IMG/VR virus record: IMGVR_UViG_3300036770_008729
Span: 62,001 to 126,000 of that record
Direction: 5' to 3' (one strand)
DNA: 64,000 nucleotides
Under the pieces are notes generated by a model. The model made no database searches and was not told the DNA's origin. It saw only the letters and a list, made by a program, of their open reading frames with translations. Position 1 is the first letter of the stretch. The number at the start of each line of letters is the position of its first letter. Positions 28,440-37,722 of the stretch are shown here, piece after piece. The position numbers and the translations under genes are program-made.

Positions 28440-29702
28440 ATGTCTATTAATATTGTAGATAGGAGAAAAAATCCTAAGGGTAAATCCTCTGAAAACCGTC
28501 AGAGATTCCTTAAACGGATTGAAGGTCAAATAAAAAAGGCCCTGCCTGATATTGTAAAAAATACTAATGTAAAGGATATCACTGGTACCGGTGAGAAAAT
28601 TAAAGTTCCTGTAAAAGGAATTGGTGAGCCTCAGTTCTCTTATGATAGAGAATCTGGTAATAAAAAATATATTCACCCCGGGAATAAAGAATATGTTGAA
28701 GGTGATAAAATTAAAAAACCAGATGGTGGTGAAGGCAGAGGAAATGGAAGACAGGGCTCAAACGATCCAACCGTAACAGAAGATGAATTTACAGTTACAA
28801 TTAGTAGAGAAGAATTTTTAGATTATTTCTTTCAAGATTTGGAACTTCCAGATATGGTGAAAAAACATCTTAATTCTATTGTAGATTGGAAAAGAAAAAG
28901 AGCAGGTTACTCTTCTTATGGAAATCCAAGTAGATTAAATATCACAAGATCTTATAAAAACTCTATGGCTAGGAGAATGGCTGTTGGTATGTTCTTTGAT
29001 AAGAAAATAAAAGAAATTGAAGATAAACTTAAACTCAATCCACCAGATGATGAGAGATTAAAATTAGAAACAGAATTAGATAAACTTAAAAAAATGAAAC
29101 TATCTGTCTCATTTATGGAAGAGGTAGATCTTCAATATAACAACTTTGAGAAATATCCAGTTCCAGTAACATCAGCAGTAATGTTTTGTATTATGGATAT
29201 ATCTGGTTCAATGGGTGAAAAAGAAAAAGATATCTCTAAACGATTTTTTATGCTTCTTTATATGTTCCTAACTAAACAATATGAGAGGATTGAAATTGTT
29301 TTTATCAGACACCACACAGAAGCAAAAGAAGTTGATGAACAAGAATTCTTCAACTCAAAGGAAAGTGGTGGTACTGTGGTTCTTCCAGCTCTCGAATTAA
29401 TGAAAAAGATAATTGATGAGAGATATGCACAAAATTGGAATATCTATGCGGCACAAGCTTCTGATGGTGATGTTTGGAATAAATCAGATGCTGATAATTG
29501 TTATAAGATATTAGATGTTGATTTATTGAATAGAGTTCAATATATGGTTTATATTGAGGTTTGTAGGAGAAATGATGGAGATTTGTGGGGAAATTATAAT
29601 TTGTTGGCGCAAAAGAAAAAGAATTTTCAGATAGGGAAAATATCGGAAGTTAGTGAGATATGGAAAGTGTTTCAAGACTTCTTCAAAAAGAAAGTTGCAT
29701 AG
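28440..29702 (+). CDS. yeaH: YeaH/YhbH family vWA-domain protein
   Basis: IVDRRKNPKGKS..NRQRFL, PGNKEYVEGDKI, MFCIMDISGSMG (MIDAS), FIRHHTEAKEVDEQEFF, ESGGT, QASDGD. Confidence 0.93.
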   Translation: MSINIVDRRKNPKGKSSENRQRFLKRIEGQIKKALPDIVKNTNVKDITGTGEKIKVPVKGIGEPQFSYDRESGNKKYIHPGNKEYVEGDKIKKPDGGEGRGNGRQGSNDPTVTEDEFTVTISREEFLDYFFQDLELPDMVKKHLNSIVDWKRKRAGYSSYGNPSRLNITRSYKNSMARRMAVGMFFDKKIKEIEDKLKLNPPDDERLKLETELDKLKKMKLSVSFMEEVDLQYNNFEKYPVPVTSAVMFCIMDISGSMGEKEKDISKRFFMLLYMFLTKQYERIEIVFIRHHTEAKEVDEQEFFNSKESGGTVVLPALELMKKIIDERYAQNWNIYAAQASDGDVWNKSDADNCYKILDVDLLNRVQYMVYIEVCRRNDGDLWGNYNLLAQKKKNFQIGKISEVSEIWKVFQDFFKKKVA

Positions 29703-29703
29703 A

Positions 29704-31200
29704 ATGAAAAAATCAGAGATAAAAAAACTTCTTAGTAAATCCGATTGGAATGAACATACAATAAGAGTGTTTATTGAAATAATTGATAGAATATCAAAAG
29801 AACACCTTAATTTAGATGTTTATCCTAATCAATTTGAGATTGTTTCATCTGAGCAACTTCTTGATGCTTACGCCTCAATAGGACTCCCTATTTCATATAA
29901 CCATTGGAAGTATGGAAAAGATTTTGTTATAAATCAAAATCAATATAAAAAGGGTAGAATGGGTCTTTCTTATGAAATGGTAATTAATTCTAATCCATGT
30001 ATCTCCTATAACTTAGAAGATAATGATACTTGTTTAATGACTTTGGTTTATGCACATGTACAGGGACACAATCATTTCTTTAAGAACAATTACCTTTTCA
30101 AGCAATGGACTCAGGCAGATTCAATTATTGATTATATGTTATTTGCTAGAAACTTTATTTCCAAATGTGAAGAGAAATATGGATATGAAGAAGTTGAAAT
30201 GGTATTAGATTCTTGCCACGCTCTTATGAACTATGGTGTTGATAAATATAAAAAACCAAAAAAATTAACACCCAAAGAAGAAGCTGAAAGATTAAAGAAG
30301 AAATTAGAAGATGATAGAGTTTTAGTGGATGATATTTGGAGAACACTTCCAAAAGAAGAAGAAAAGAAAAAGAAGAAAATCAAATTCCCAGAACAACCTG
30401 AGGAAAACATTCTTTATTTTATCCAGAAAAACTCACCTATACTTAAAGAGTGGCAAAGAGAAATAATTAGAATTGTAAGAAAAACCGCACAATATTTTTA
30501 TCCACAAGGTCAAACCAAAGTTATTAACGAAGGAACGGCGACTTTTACTCATGTTGAAATCATCAATAAAATGTATGAAGAAGGTTATTTAGATGATGGA
30601 TTTATGCAAGAATTTCTACACCATCATTCTAATGTTGTATATCAACCAGGATTTGATTCTAAATACTATTCTGGACTTAATCCTTATACTTTGGGTTATA
30701 ATATCTTTAAGGATATAAAAAGAATGTCTATTGATCCAACGATTGAAGATTTGCATTGGTTTCCGGATATTGCTGGAAAGGGAAATTGGAAAGAAGTATT
30801 TCTTTATGCGGTTGAGAACTTTAAGGATGAAACTTTTATTTTACAATATTTGTCTCCAAGAGTGATGAGAGATATGAAATTGTTTGAGATAACGGATTAT
30901 GAGGAAGCGCCAAACTATGAAGTATCTTCAATTCATAATGAAAAGGGATATAAAAGAATAAGACAAACTTTATCTGAATTTTACAATCGTAATAGATATG
31001 TTCCAGATATACAGGTTTATAATGTTGATATAACTGGTAATAGAGGATTAACTTTGGAATATACACCTAATGATGCAAAAGAGTTGGATGTAAAAGAGGT
31101 TGATAAGGTGTTGCCTCATATTAAGTTTCTATGGGGATTTCCGGTAAAGATAATTAAGAAGTCTTATGGAAAAATTCATACAATTTCTACAACGGATTAG
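29704..31200 (+). CDS. spoVR: SpoVR/YcgB family protein
   Basis: GLPISYNHWKYGK, YEMVINSNPC, AHVQGHNHFFKNN, KVINEGTATFTH, NPYTLG, LWGFPV; start reassigned to ATG 29704. Confidence 0.93.
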   Translation: MKKSEIKKLLSKSDWNEHTIRVFIEIIDRISKEHLNLDVYPNQFEIVSSEQLLDAYASIGLPISYNHWKYGKDFVINQNQYKKGRMGLSYEMVINSNPCISYNLEDNDTCLMTLVYAHVQGHNHFFKNNYLFKQWTQADSIIDYMLFARNFISKCEEKYGYEEVEMVLDSCHALMNYGVDKYKKPKKLTPKEEAERLKKKLEDDRVLVDDIWRTLPKEEEKKKKKIKFPEQPEENILYFIQKNSPILKEWQREIIRIVRKTAQYFYPQGQTKVINEGTATFTHVEIINKMYEEGYLDDGFMQEFLHHHSNVVYQPGFDSKYYSGLNPYTLGYNIFKDIKRMSIDPTIEDLHWFPDIAGKGNWKEVFLYAVENFKDETFILQYLSPRVMRDMKLFEITDYEEAPNYEVSSIHNEKGYKRIRQTLSEFYNRNRYVPDIQVYNVDITGNRGLTLEYTPNDAKELDVKEVDKVLPHIKFLWGFPVKIIKKSYGKIHTISTTD

Positions 31201-31220
31201 TTTTTTTAGATATTTATTCA

Positions 31221-31228
31221 TATATTTG
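31221..31228 (+). promoter_or_regulatory. TAnnTTTG element 4 nt before uvsE ATG
   Basis: TATATTTG. Confidence 0.6.
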
Positions 31229-31232
31229 TATT

Positions 31233-32159
31233 ATGGGTAATATAGGTTATTGTTGCATAAACCTTTCAATAAATGAAGGTAGAAAAAAGAAAGACCACAT
31301 CTCTGTTAATAGAGGTATGACTAAAAAAACATTTGAGACAAAAGGTCTTTCTTATGTCTCTGAACTAGCTATACAAAATATTAATGACTTACAAAAGATA
31401 TTAGAATGGAATGTTAAGAATAAGATATTTGTTTATAGAATGTCTAGTGATATGTTTCCATGTATAGGATTTTATAAACTAGAAAACCTTCCTCGTTTCG
31501 CAGCAATTTCTCAAAAATTGAAAGCAATTGGTGATTACGCTAAAATTAATTCTATCCGACTTTCTTTTCACCCAACTCATTTCTGTATTCCCGCTAGTGA
31601 GAATCCAATAGTTGTAACAAATGCAATTGATGAATTAGATAAACATGCTCAAATAATGGATATTATGGGTTTAGAACAAACACACTTCTATCCTATAAAC
31701 ATACATGTAAATACTACTAAACCGACCAGAGAAGAAGCAGCTGATAGATTTTGCAAACAGTTTTGGAATTTAAGCGAGTCTTGTAGAAAGAGATTAGTAG
31801 TAGAAAATGATGATGGTCCTAACCAGTATTCTACAAAGATGTTATATGATTTAATTTATACAAAAATTGGAGTTCCCATAACTCATGACTTTCATCACCA
31901 TAACTATGGACCACAAGATATTTCACAGGAAGAAGCACTTAAACTTGCCCATTCTACTTGGAATGGCATTAAACCAATGACTCATATGAGTTCTCCAAAA
32001 ACATTAGAAGATAATTCAGGAAAACAAACAGCACATGCAGATTACATATATGAAGAAATTAAAACTTATGGTCTTGACTTTGATACAGAAATTGAGGCAA
32101 AAGCCAAAGACCTTGCGGTATTCAGATACAGAAAACAATTTCAGATACTCAAAGGGTGA
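31233..32159 (+). CDS. uvsE: UV-damage endonuclease (UvsE/UVDE)
   Basis: IGYCCIN, YRMSSDMFP, RLSFHP, LVVENDD, DFHHH, AHADY, EIEAKAKD. Confidence 0.92.
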   Translation: MGNIGYCCINLSINEGRKKKDHISVNRGMTKKTFETKGLSYVSELAIQNINDLQKILEWNVKNKIFVYRMSSDMFPCIGFYKLENLPRFAAISQKLKAIGDYAKINSIRLSFHPTHFCIPASENPIVVTNAIDELDKHAQIMDIMGLEQTHFYPINIHVNTTKPTREEAADRFCKQFWNLSESCRKRLVVENDDGPNQYSTKMLYDLIYTKIGVPITHDFHHHNYGPQDISQEEALKLAHSTWNGIKPMTHMSSPKTLEDNSGKQTAHADYIYEEIKTYGLDFDTEIEAKAKDLAVFRYRKQFQILKG

Positions 32160-32457
32160 TCGCTTTATCACTAATGATGGTATCGGTTATGTTAAATTTG
32201 AAGTTGGTGAGAAAGTCATAGTTGATGAAATTATCTATGGTGAAGAAAAAGTAGGAGTTGTTATCGATATAAATGCACGATATGTAGTTCCTGAGATTGA
32301 GCAGAGTTGGAAGGTAGAATACTTAGTTATATTCAATCTAAAGACAGGTGATAATATCTACATACAGCCTACTAAAAAATGGCTTACTGATGTGGATTTA
32401 AGAAAATGGTCATTGGATGAAGAAAGAGAATGGAAATTAAATAATATACTATCATAA
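32035..32457 (+). CDS. hypothetical KOW/SH3-like protein with REWKLNNIL tail (start uncertain)
   Basis: FEVGEKVIV; annotated start overlaps uvsE extensively. Confidence 0.55.
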   Translation: MQITYMKKLKLMVLTLIQKLRQKPKTLRYSDTENNFRYSKGDRFITNDGIGYVKFEVGEKVIVDEIIYGEEKVGVVIDINARYVVPEIEQSWKVEYLVIFNLKTGDNIYIQPTKKWLTDVDLRKWSLDEEREWKLNNILS

Positions 32458-32726
32458 TGAGTTACAAAATTATACATTTAGGAGAAGGTCAATTTCAAGC
32501 TGTTATGGATAACGGTGAAATTAAAGAAGTTGGAAATAACATTAAAGGAATGATAAGATACACATTCTTTGAGGATTATAGTTTCCCACCAATTGATTGG
32601 GAAATAACACAAAAAGAGCTATTAGAAACTTATCATCCAAAAGTTCTGGCTGATATAGCAAGTGGTAAAATTAAACCAAGTAAAGAAAAACCAGAAGATA
32701 ATTCTGATTGGATAGAAATAATATAA
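32457..32726 (+). CDS. hypothetical protein
   Basis: 89 aa, coupled. Confidence 0.65.
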   Translation: MSYKIIHLGEGQFQAVMDNGEIKEVGNNIKGMIRYTFFEDYSFPPIDWEITQKELLETYHPKVLADIASGKIKPSKEKPEDNSDWIEII

Positions 32727-32735
32727 AATATTTAA

Positions 32736-33293
32736 ATGCAAATTAAAATACATATCGTACATTGTCAAGATTCTGATACACTTAGAATCATTCAAGACCA
32801 TGAATTAAAGAAAAACAAAACTCCTAAATTAAATGATGGATACATTTTAGTAAGGGAATGGTTTGATGATGATAGTTATGATTATAGAGAAGTTCCAGTT
32901 ACAATTGAACAAACCTTTTTAGTTATTACTAAAGGTGAGTTCATAAGAAATGATAAGAATTCATCAAAGTTAAATGCCTACTATATGTCTGGGGGTTTTG
33001 CCGAAGTCAATAGATTGGCTTATTCTTATTCTGTTAATGTTATTCTATGTGACGGAAATTGGACTTTATATGAAAATGACTTAGTTTATTCTAAGTCTGG
33101 AATAAAGGCAACTACAGGTAGTATGTATTCATATCATTTGAATGAGCCTGAGCAAATGTATATTGAGGATCTATTAGACTATGAAGTTTGGCAAAGTTTA
33201 AATCTTACAGATATTCTAAAATCCTATTTGACTCAATCCGAAATAAGAGATAGTAAAATTGATAAAATATTAGATAATGAGAGTGATACATAA
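32736..33293 (+). CDS. hypothetical protein with RDSKIDKIL tail
   Basis: 185 aa. Confidence 0.7.
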   Translation: MQIKIHIVHCQDSDTLRIIQDHELKKNKTPKLNDGYILVREWFDDDSYDYREVPVTIEQTFLVITKGEFIRNDKNSSKLNAYYMSGGFAEVNRLAYSYSVNVILCDGNWTLYENDLVYSKSGIKATTGSMYSYHLNEPEQMYIEDLLDYEVWQSLNLTDILKSYLTQSEIRDSKIDKILDNESDT

Positions 33294-33516
33294 ATCTAAT
33301 TTTGAAGACAGACCATATGTCTTAAAGACATCATTAATGTTTGTTGAGGATAATAAAATATGTGATGGGTGTGATAGACACGGAGTAAGATGTGCCTCAA
33401 TAAAACTCCTAAAAGGAGATGTTTCAATTCTTTGCCAAGATTGTATTGAGGGAATTTTAGATAGCTTAGACCCAGCTATAGTTAGAGATATTAAAATAGA
33501 TAAGATATTGGAATGA
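33277..33516 (+). CDS. zinc-finger protein with RDIKIDKIL tail
   Basis: CDGC...CQDC. Confidence 0.7.
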   Translation: MRVIHKSNFEDRPYVLKTSLMFVEDNKICDGCDRHGVRCASIKLLKGDVSILCQDCIEGILDSLDPAIVRDIKIDKILE

Positions 33517-33734
33517 ATGTAATTTGTATAAATAAAGGAAAGATAAAAAATCTCACAGAAGGTCGAAGATATCAAATAGTTAAAAAAAATAGTGGATTTC
33601 ACTTTGGATCTGATATTCCTTACTCCAATATGTGGATAATTAATGATGCTGGAATTGAAAAACACTATTCATCTAAAAGATTTTTAACAATCTCCGAATT
33701 CAGAAATATCAAAATAGATTCTATATTAAAATGA
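33513..33734 (+). CDS. small SH3-like protein with RNIKIDSIL tail
   Basis: VICI...LTEGRRY...NDAG...YSSKRF; paralog of next gene. Confidence 0.7.
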   Translation: MNVICINKGKIKNLTEGRRYQIVKKNSGFHFGSDIPYSNMWIINDAGIEKHYSSKRFLTISEFRNIKIDSILK

Positions 33735-33937
33735 TAGTTATTTGTACAGATGTGGACAATGTAGGTTCTGATATGAAATTATCACTTACAATAGGGAAAT
33801 CATATAAGGTCATTAGAGAAAATAATATAGGATTTTATTTAGAAGATGACCGTGGTTCTATTCAATGGTATTCTAAATGGAGGTTCAGTAGGTCAGAGTG
33901 GAGAGATAATCAAATAGATAAAATATTATTTACTTAG
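33731..33937 (+). CDS. small SH3-like protein with RDNQIDKIL tail
   Basis: VICT...LTIGKSY...DDRG...YSKWRF. Confidence 0.7.
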   Translation: MIVICTDVDNVGSDMKLSLTIGKSYKVIRENNIGFYLEDDRGSIQWYSKWRFSRSEWRDNQIDKILFT

Positions 33938-35094
33938 AATTTTTCTATCTCAATTCTTTTAATCTCTTCACCGAGTTCTTTTCCTTTAAATCCTTTATCC
34001 ATTAAGTCCTTAACCGATACGGTTGGTTTCCAATCAACAAATTTAATTATATTAATGTCTTTGATTTTACAGACATCAATCCATTCTAATATAGTAGAAT
34101 CTTTTATATGACAACCTAATTTGAGTTTATAAATATCAATTAATTGTTCTGGTTTGAATGATTGTAGTCTTAATAAAAATTCAACTTTGTTTGCTACTTC
34201 TCCTTCAATTTTGTATTCATCTATTAATTTTTTTGATAACCCTACAGGATTTTCTAATTTAAATAAATGTGATATCACTACAACAAAATCTTTACTATTT
34301 ATTGTAATTGTGTTGATAGAAGCTCCTGGAAAAACTTCATCCCACATATCAAATTTTGTAAAGAAATTTAAGTAATGATTAAAATCTTTCGCCTGAGACC
34401 AAGCCTTCTTAAACTCTTCCCATATTCTTTCCGCTGATATTCTTTTAATCTTACCAGTCTCTGGATCTATATTAGATAGTTGTTTTCTCTTTTCAATTGC
34501 CCTTTCCGTATCTTTATGTAGAGGATGTCCATATCTCGATGCGAATCTAAAGGCTCTTAAAATTCTAAGTGAATCTTCATCAAATCTTTCGACTGGATCA
34601 CCAACCATACGAGTTATTCCACTTTCTAAATCTTGCCTTCCACCTACCAAATCAACCACTTCTTTTTTATCTAAATCATAAAATAAAGAGTTGTAAGTGA
34701 GGTCACGACGCTTGACATCATCTTCAATGGTAACACCTAATTTAACTTCAGGATTTCTTCCCTTAGAAATGTCTTGTCTAAAAGTAGCGATTTCCATTCC
34801 ACCTGGTTGATCGTCAGTGTAGACAACTACTACACCGAAAGCTTTACCTTGTAAGTTAAAGTCATAGTTGTATGATTGTAGTATTTTAATAACCTCATCA
34901 GGAAGAGCATCGGTTGCTAAGTCAAAGTCTTTTGGTTTATCACCAGTTAGGAAATCACGAACTGATCCACCAACTAAATATAGTTTTTTACCAGCTTTTC
35001 TAAAAATGTTATTCAAATCTTTAACTGATTTTGGAATATAATCCCACATATCCGTTTTTGACTCCAAAAACTGTTCATACTTTTTTAATTTCAT
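33934..35094 (-). CDS. cca: class II CCA-adding tRNA nucleotidyltransferase with CTS-like N-terminal extension
   Basis: LVGGSVRD, DFDLAT, EIATFR, DDVKRRDLT, FDEDSLRILRAFRF, ISAERIWEE; starts MKLKKYEQFLES. Confidence 0.9.
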   Translation of the reverse strand: MKLKKYEQFLESKTDMWDYIPKSVKDLNNIFRKAGKKLYLVGGSVRDFLTGDKPKDFDLATDALPDEVIKILQSYNYDFNLQGKAFGVVVVYTDDQPGGMEIATFRQDISKGRNPEVKLGVTIEDDVKRRDLTYNSLFYDLDKKEVVDLVGGRQDLESGITRMVGDPVERFDEDSLRILRAFRFASRYGHPLHKDTERAIEKRKQLSNIDPETGKIKRISAERIWEEFKKAWSQAKDFNHYLNFFTKFDMWDEVFPGASINTITINSKDFVVVISHLFKLENPVGLSKKLIDEYKIEGEVANKVEFLLRLQSFKPEQLIDIYKLKLGCHIKDSTILEWIDVCKIKDINIIKFVDWKPTVSVKDLMDKGFKGKELGEEIKRIEIEKF

Positions 35095-35350
35095 AGAGTA
35101 TATATTCTCTAAATAATTTAGAGAAATTAGTTTTTCTCCTTTTTTCTTTCTTCTGGTGTTAAAAGTCCCTTTCCAAAGTTTTTTATTCTTTCTTCGTATC
35201 TGGTTTTGACTCTTTCAGAAATAGGAACTGGTGTTCCTTCATCATAGATGGTGATTCTTATACAATAGAATTCAAAGAAGGTGAAAAAACAATCAAGAAA
35301 AAATCTGAAATCGTTAAAAAGAAAAACCAGTAATAAAGATTGATACTATA

Positions 35351-35390
35351 AAAAAATTTGGGTATTCGTATCCACGAATACCCAAAAAAT
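35351..35390 (-). terminator. intrinsic terminator downstream of nusG
   Basis: ttgggtattcgt-atcc-acgaatacccaa 12 bp stem flanked by A/T runs. Confidence 0.8.
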
Positions 35391-35413
35391 TATTAAGGTT
35401 TACTACTAAATAA

Positions 35414-35965
35414 TTATGATTTTTTATCGATTTGCATTACACTCAATTCAATTGGTGTTTTTCTACCAAAGATTAATACAGAAACTTTTACTTTTTGATC
35501 TTTAATTTCATCAATAGTTCCAATGAACCCATTAAACGGACCATCCATAACTTTGATTTCTTCACCAATTACATAAGTAGTTTCTGGTTGTTTTGTCTGA
35601 GATTCTTCATGAAGACCTAACATTTTATTTACCTCATCTCTAGAAAGAGGTTGGATGGTTCCACTTCTATCAGTTAAGAATCCGGTAGCACCACTCATTC
35701 CTTTAAGATGGTATTTTAATTCACCAATGGCGTTTGTTTCAACGAAAACATAACCGGGGAACATTACTTTTTCCCTAGTTACTTTTTTTCCGTTTTTCAT
35801 AAAAAAACTTTTTTCCATTGGAACGATTACCTGACCGATTTTACCTTGAAGGTCTCCTTTTTCAGCTTCTTTGATAAGTCTATCGCCAACTGATTTTTCT
35901 CTCATTGCTTGCGCTCTTACTACATACCATTTCATGTTAGTAGTTGTTTCTGTAATTGTACTCAT
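35414..35965 (-). CDS. nusG: transcription elongation factor NusG (NGN + KOW)
   Basis: KWYVVRA, MFPGYVFVE, GEEIKVMDGPFNGF, VSVLIFGRKTPIEL. Confidence 0.95.
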   Translation of the reverse strand: MSTITETTTNMKWYVVRAQAMREKSVGDRLIKEAEKGDLQGKIGQVIVPMEKSFFMKNGKKVTREKVMFPGYVFVETNAIGELKYHLKGMSGATGFLTDRSGTIQPLSRDEVNKMLGLHEESQTKQPETTYVIGEEIKVMDGPFNGFIGTIDEIKDQKVKVSVLIFGRKTPIELSVMQIDKKS

Positions 35966-35967
35966 AT

Positions 35968-36441
35968 TTATTTTTGTTCTTGTATTTTTTTAATGTAAGT
36001 TAATTCTTCTTTAATAAAATCGAAATGTTTATCAATAAGAAAGTTTAAATCTAAATCTTTAATTTCTAATCTCTTTAAGAGTAATTTAAATTCTTTATCA
36101 GAGACTTTTGGTTTTTCACCAGTTTCACCTTTTGACCAGAACCAACTTGGATAAGGTTTATCTAACATGAAATTATACCAAAGATTTAAGGATGTTACTT
36201 TATCTATTGTTTTAAGATTCAAAAGTTGTGCTTTATCAGGATATTTTTTTGAGAAATTCCTATTAATAATAAAAAACCATTTTTCTTTTTGCTCATCTGT
36301 TACATATTGCCAGTCTGTTTTGTTTCTAAACATAGCATTTGTTATAGCAAGTAAATTATCTTCTATTTGTCTCATACAGTTTTTGTATCTGATTATCTCT
36401 AAATTGTTGTAAATCGTAAACTTTTGCAAAATCTTCACCAA
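35968..36441 (-). CDS. hypothetical protein, weakly reminiscent of T4 gp62 clamp-loader subunit
   Basis: FFIINRNFS..YP..AQLLN...WFWSK pattern; near RNase H. Confidence 0.4.
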   Translation of the reverse strand: MVKILQKFTIYNNLEIIRYKNCMRQIEDNLLAITNAMFRNKTDWQYVTDEQKEKWFFIINRNFSKKYPDKAQLLNLKTIDKVTSLNLWYNFMLDKPYPSWFWSKGETGEKPKVSDKEFKLLLKRLEIKDLDLNFLIDKHFDFIKEELTYIKKIQEQK

Positions 36442-36703
36442 ATATACTAACTAAATCTGAATAACTTTCTAAATTCTTTGACTCATTCATAAGTATCTTA
36501 CATATTCTACTCAATGATTCACCCAATCCATCATAGTCAGGTTTTCTGTATTCCCACCATTCACAATATTTACTAAGTATCTCTGTTAAATTATCATCTG
36601 TATATTCATTCCATAATCTAAATAAATCCATAGTAGGTTTCCACTTTATTAAAATCCAGTTGACATCAAAAATAAGATGACTACTTAATTCAACGTCTGT
36701 CAT
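36356..36703 (-). CDS. hypothetical protein with RDNQIQKL tail
   Basis: 115 aa, coupled to RNase H stop. Confidence 0.6.
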   Translation of the reverse strand: MTDVELSSHLIFDVNWILIKWKPTMDLFRLWNEYTDDNLTEILSKYCEWWEYRKPDYDGLGESLSRICKILMNESKNLESYSDLVSIFGEDFAKVYDLQQFRDNQIQKLYETNRR

Positions 36704-37680
36704 TGTGTTTGCTTTTGAGAATACTTTTCTTCCATTTTACTTAGTATTTCAAATGGTAAATTACCTAATCTCAAATCAATCAACTTCATATTACCTTTAA
36801 TATTCTCAACAATAGTATCTATTTGAGTTTTACTTAATTTCTTTTTCTCACAAATTAAATCGGCTATATTTTCATATAAATCTGGATCTTGTAAATTTAC
36901 TTCTCCGAACTCGGAGATATATTGATCGTAAATACTTTTAGCACCTTTTGCACCAATGCCTCTTTTTTTACCACCTTTTGTTTGAGACCAAACAGAACCT
37001 ATATTATCACTTACATCACCTGATATAATCTTAACAATAAGTGATTCAACAGGATTTATTTCATCAATTTCATATTTACTTATGAATCTGTTTAATAATC
37101 CTAAAAAGTCAGAATTATCATTTAGATTGAAAATATCATCATTTGGTAATTTAGATATTTTATTTAAAAATATTTGATAATTTTTAGGTAAGAAAAGTTT
37201 TTCTCTATTCCACATTTCATTACTCATAATGTTAATAAAGAGTGGTTCAATTCCATAACCTACTACTTGTTTTATATCGTGATCGTTAGATACGATAATA
37301 CAAGATCTACCATCGGTATTTGATCTATTAACTAAAAAAGAAATCCAGTCATCACCTTCAACGTGAGGTGCCTCTAAAACTTTAACAGTGCCTTTAAGAG
37401 ATTCTTTGAATTCACCATATGTGTTATAAACAAAAGTCCAATCAATATCTGAATCTTTTTTTCTGGTTGCTTTATAGTTCTGAGTAAGTTGTTTTCTCCA
37501 AGATTTTTCCTTTGAGTCTGATACAAGATAAACATTTGCAAAAGGATACCATTTCCTATAGTTAGAAATAGAATTTTCTAAAGATTTGTAAAGAGATCCA
37601 AATAGTAAATTGTTTTTATGTAGAGTGAATGTATTTTTAGATAATAAAAAATTACCATCTATGATTAAATCTACTAGCAT
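36700..37680 (-). CDS. rnh: T4-type RNase H / 5'-3' flap exonuclease
   Basis: LIIDGN, SWRK, YKATRK, EGDDWI, SNDHDIKQ, GDVSDNI. Confidence 0.88.
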   Translation of the reverse strand: MLVDLIIDGNFLLSKNTFTLHKNNLLFGSLYKSLENSISNYRKWYPFANVYLVSDSKEKSWRKQLTQNYKATRKKDSDIDWTFVYNTYGEFKESLKGTVKVLEAPHVEGDDWISFLVNRSNTDGRSCIIVSNDHDIKQVVGYGIEPLFINIMSNEMWNREKLFLPKNYQIFLNKISKLPNDDIFNLNDNSDFLGLLNRFISKYEIDEINPVESLIVKIISGDVSDNIGSVWSQTKGGKKRGIGAKGAKSIYDQYISEFGEVNLQDPDLYENIADLICEKKKLSKTQIDTIVENIKGNMKLIDLRLGNLPFEILSKMEEKYSQKQTQ

Positions 37681-37722
37681 TATACTTATTTATTTTAATA
37701 TATATAGAAAAAAATATTAGAT

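Noticed and set aside
35110-35340. Protein-like open frames on both strands between cca and nusG (minus: ...YDEGTPVPISERVKTRYEERIKNFGKGLLTPEERKKEKN; plus: ...IDGDSYTIEFKEGEKTIKKK)
   Set aside because: Neither frame has a plausible ATG start after its upstream stop; cannot decide between gene remnant and chance.
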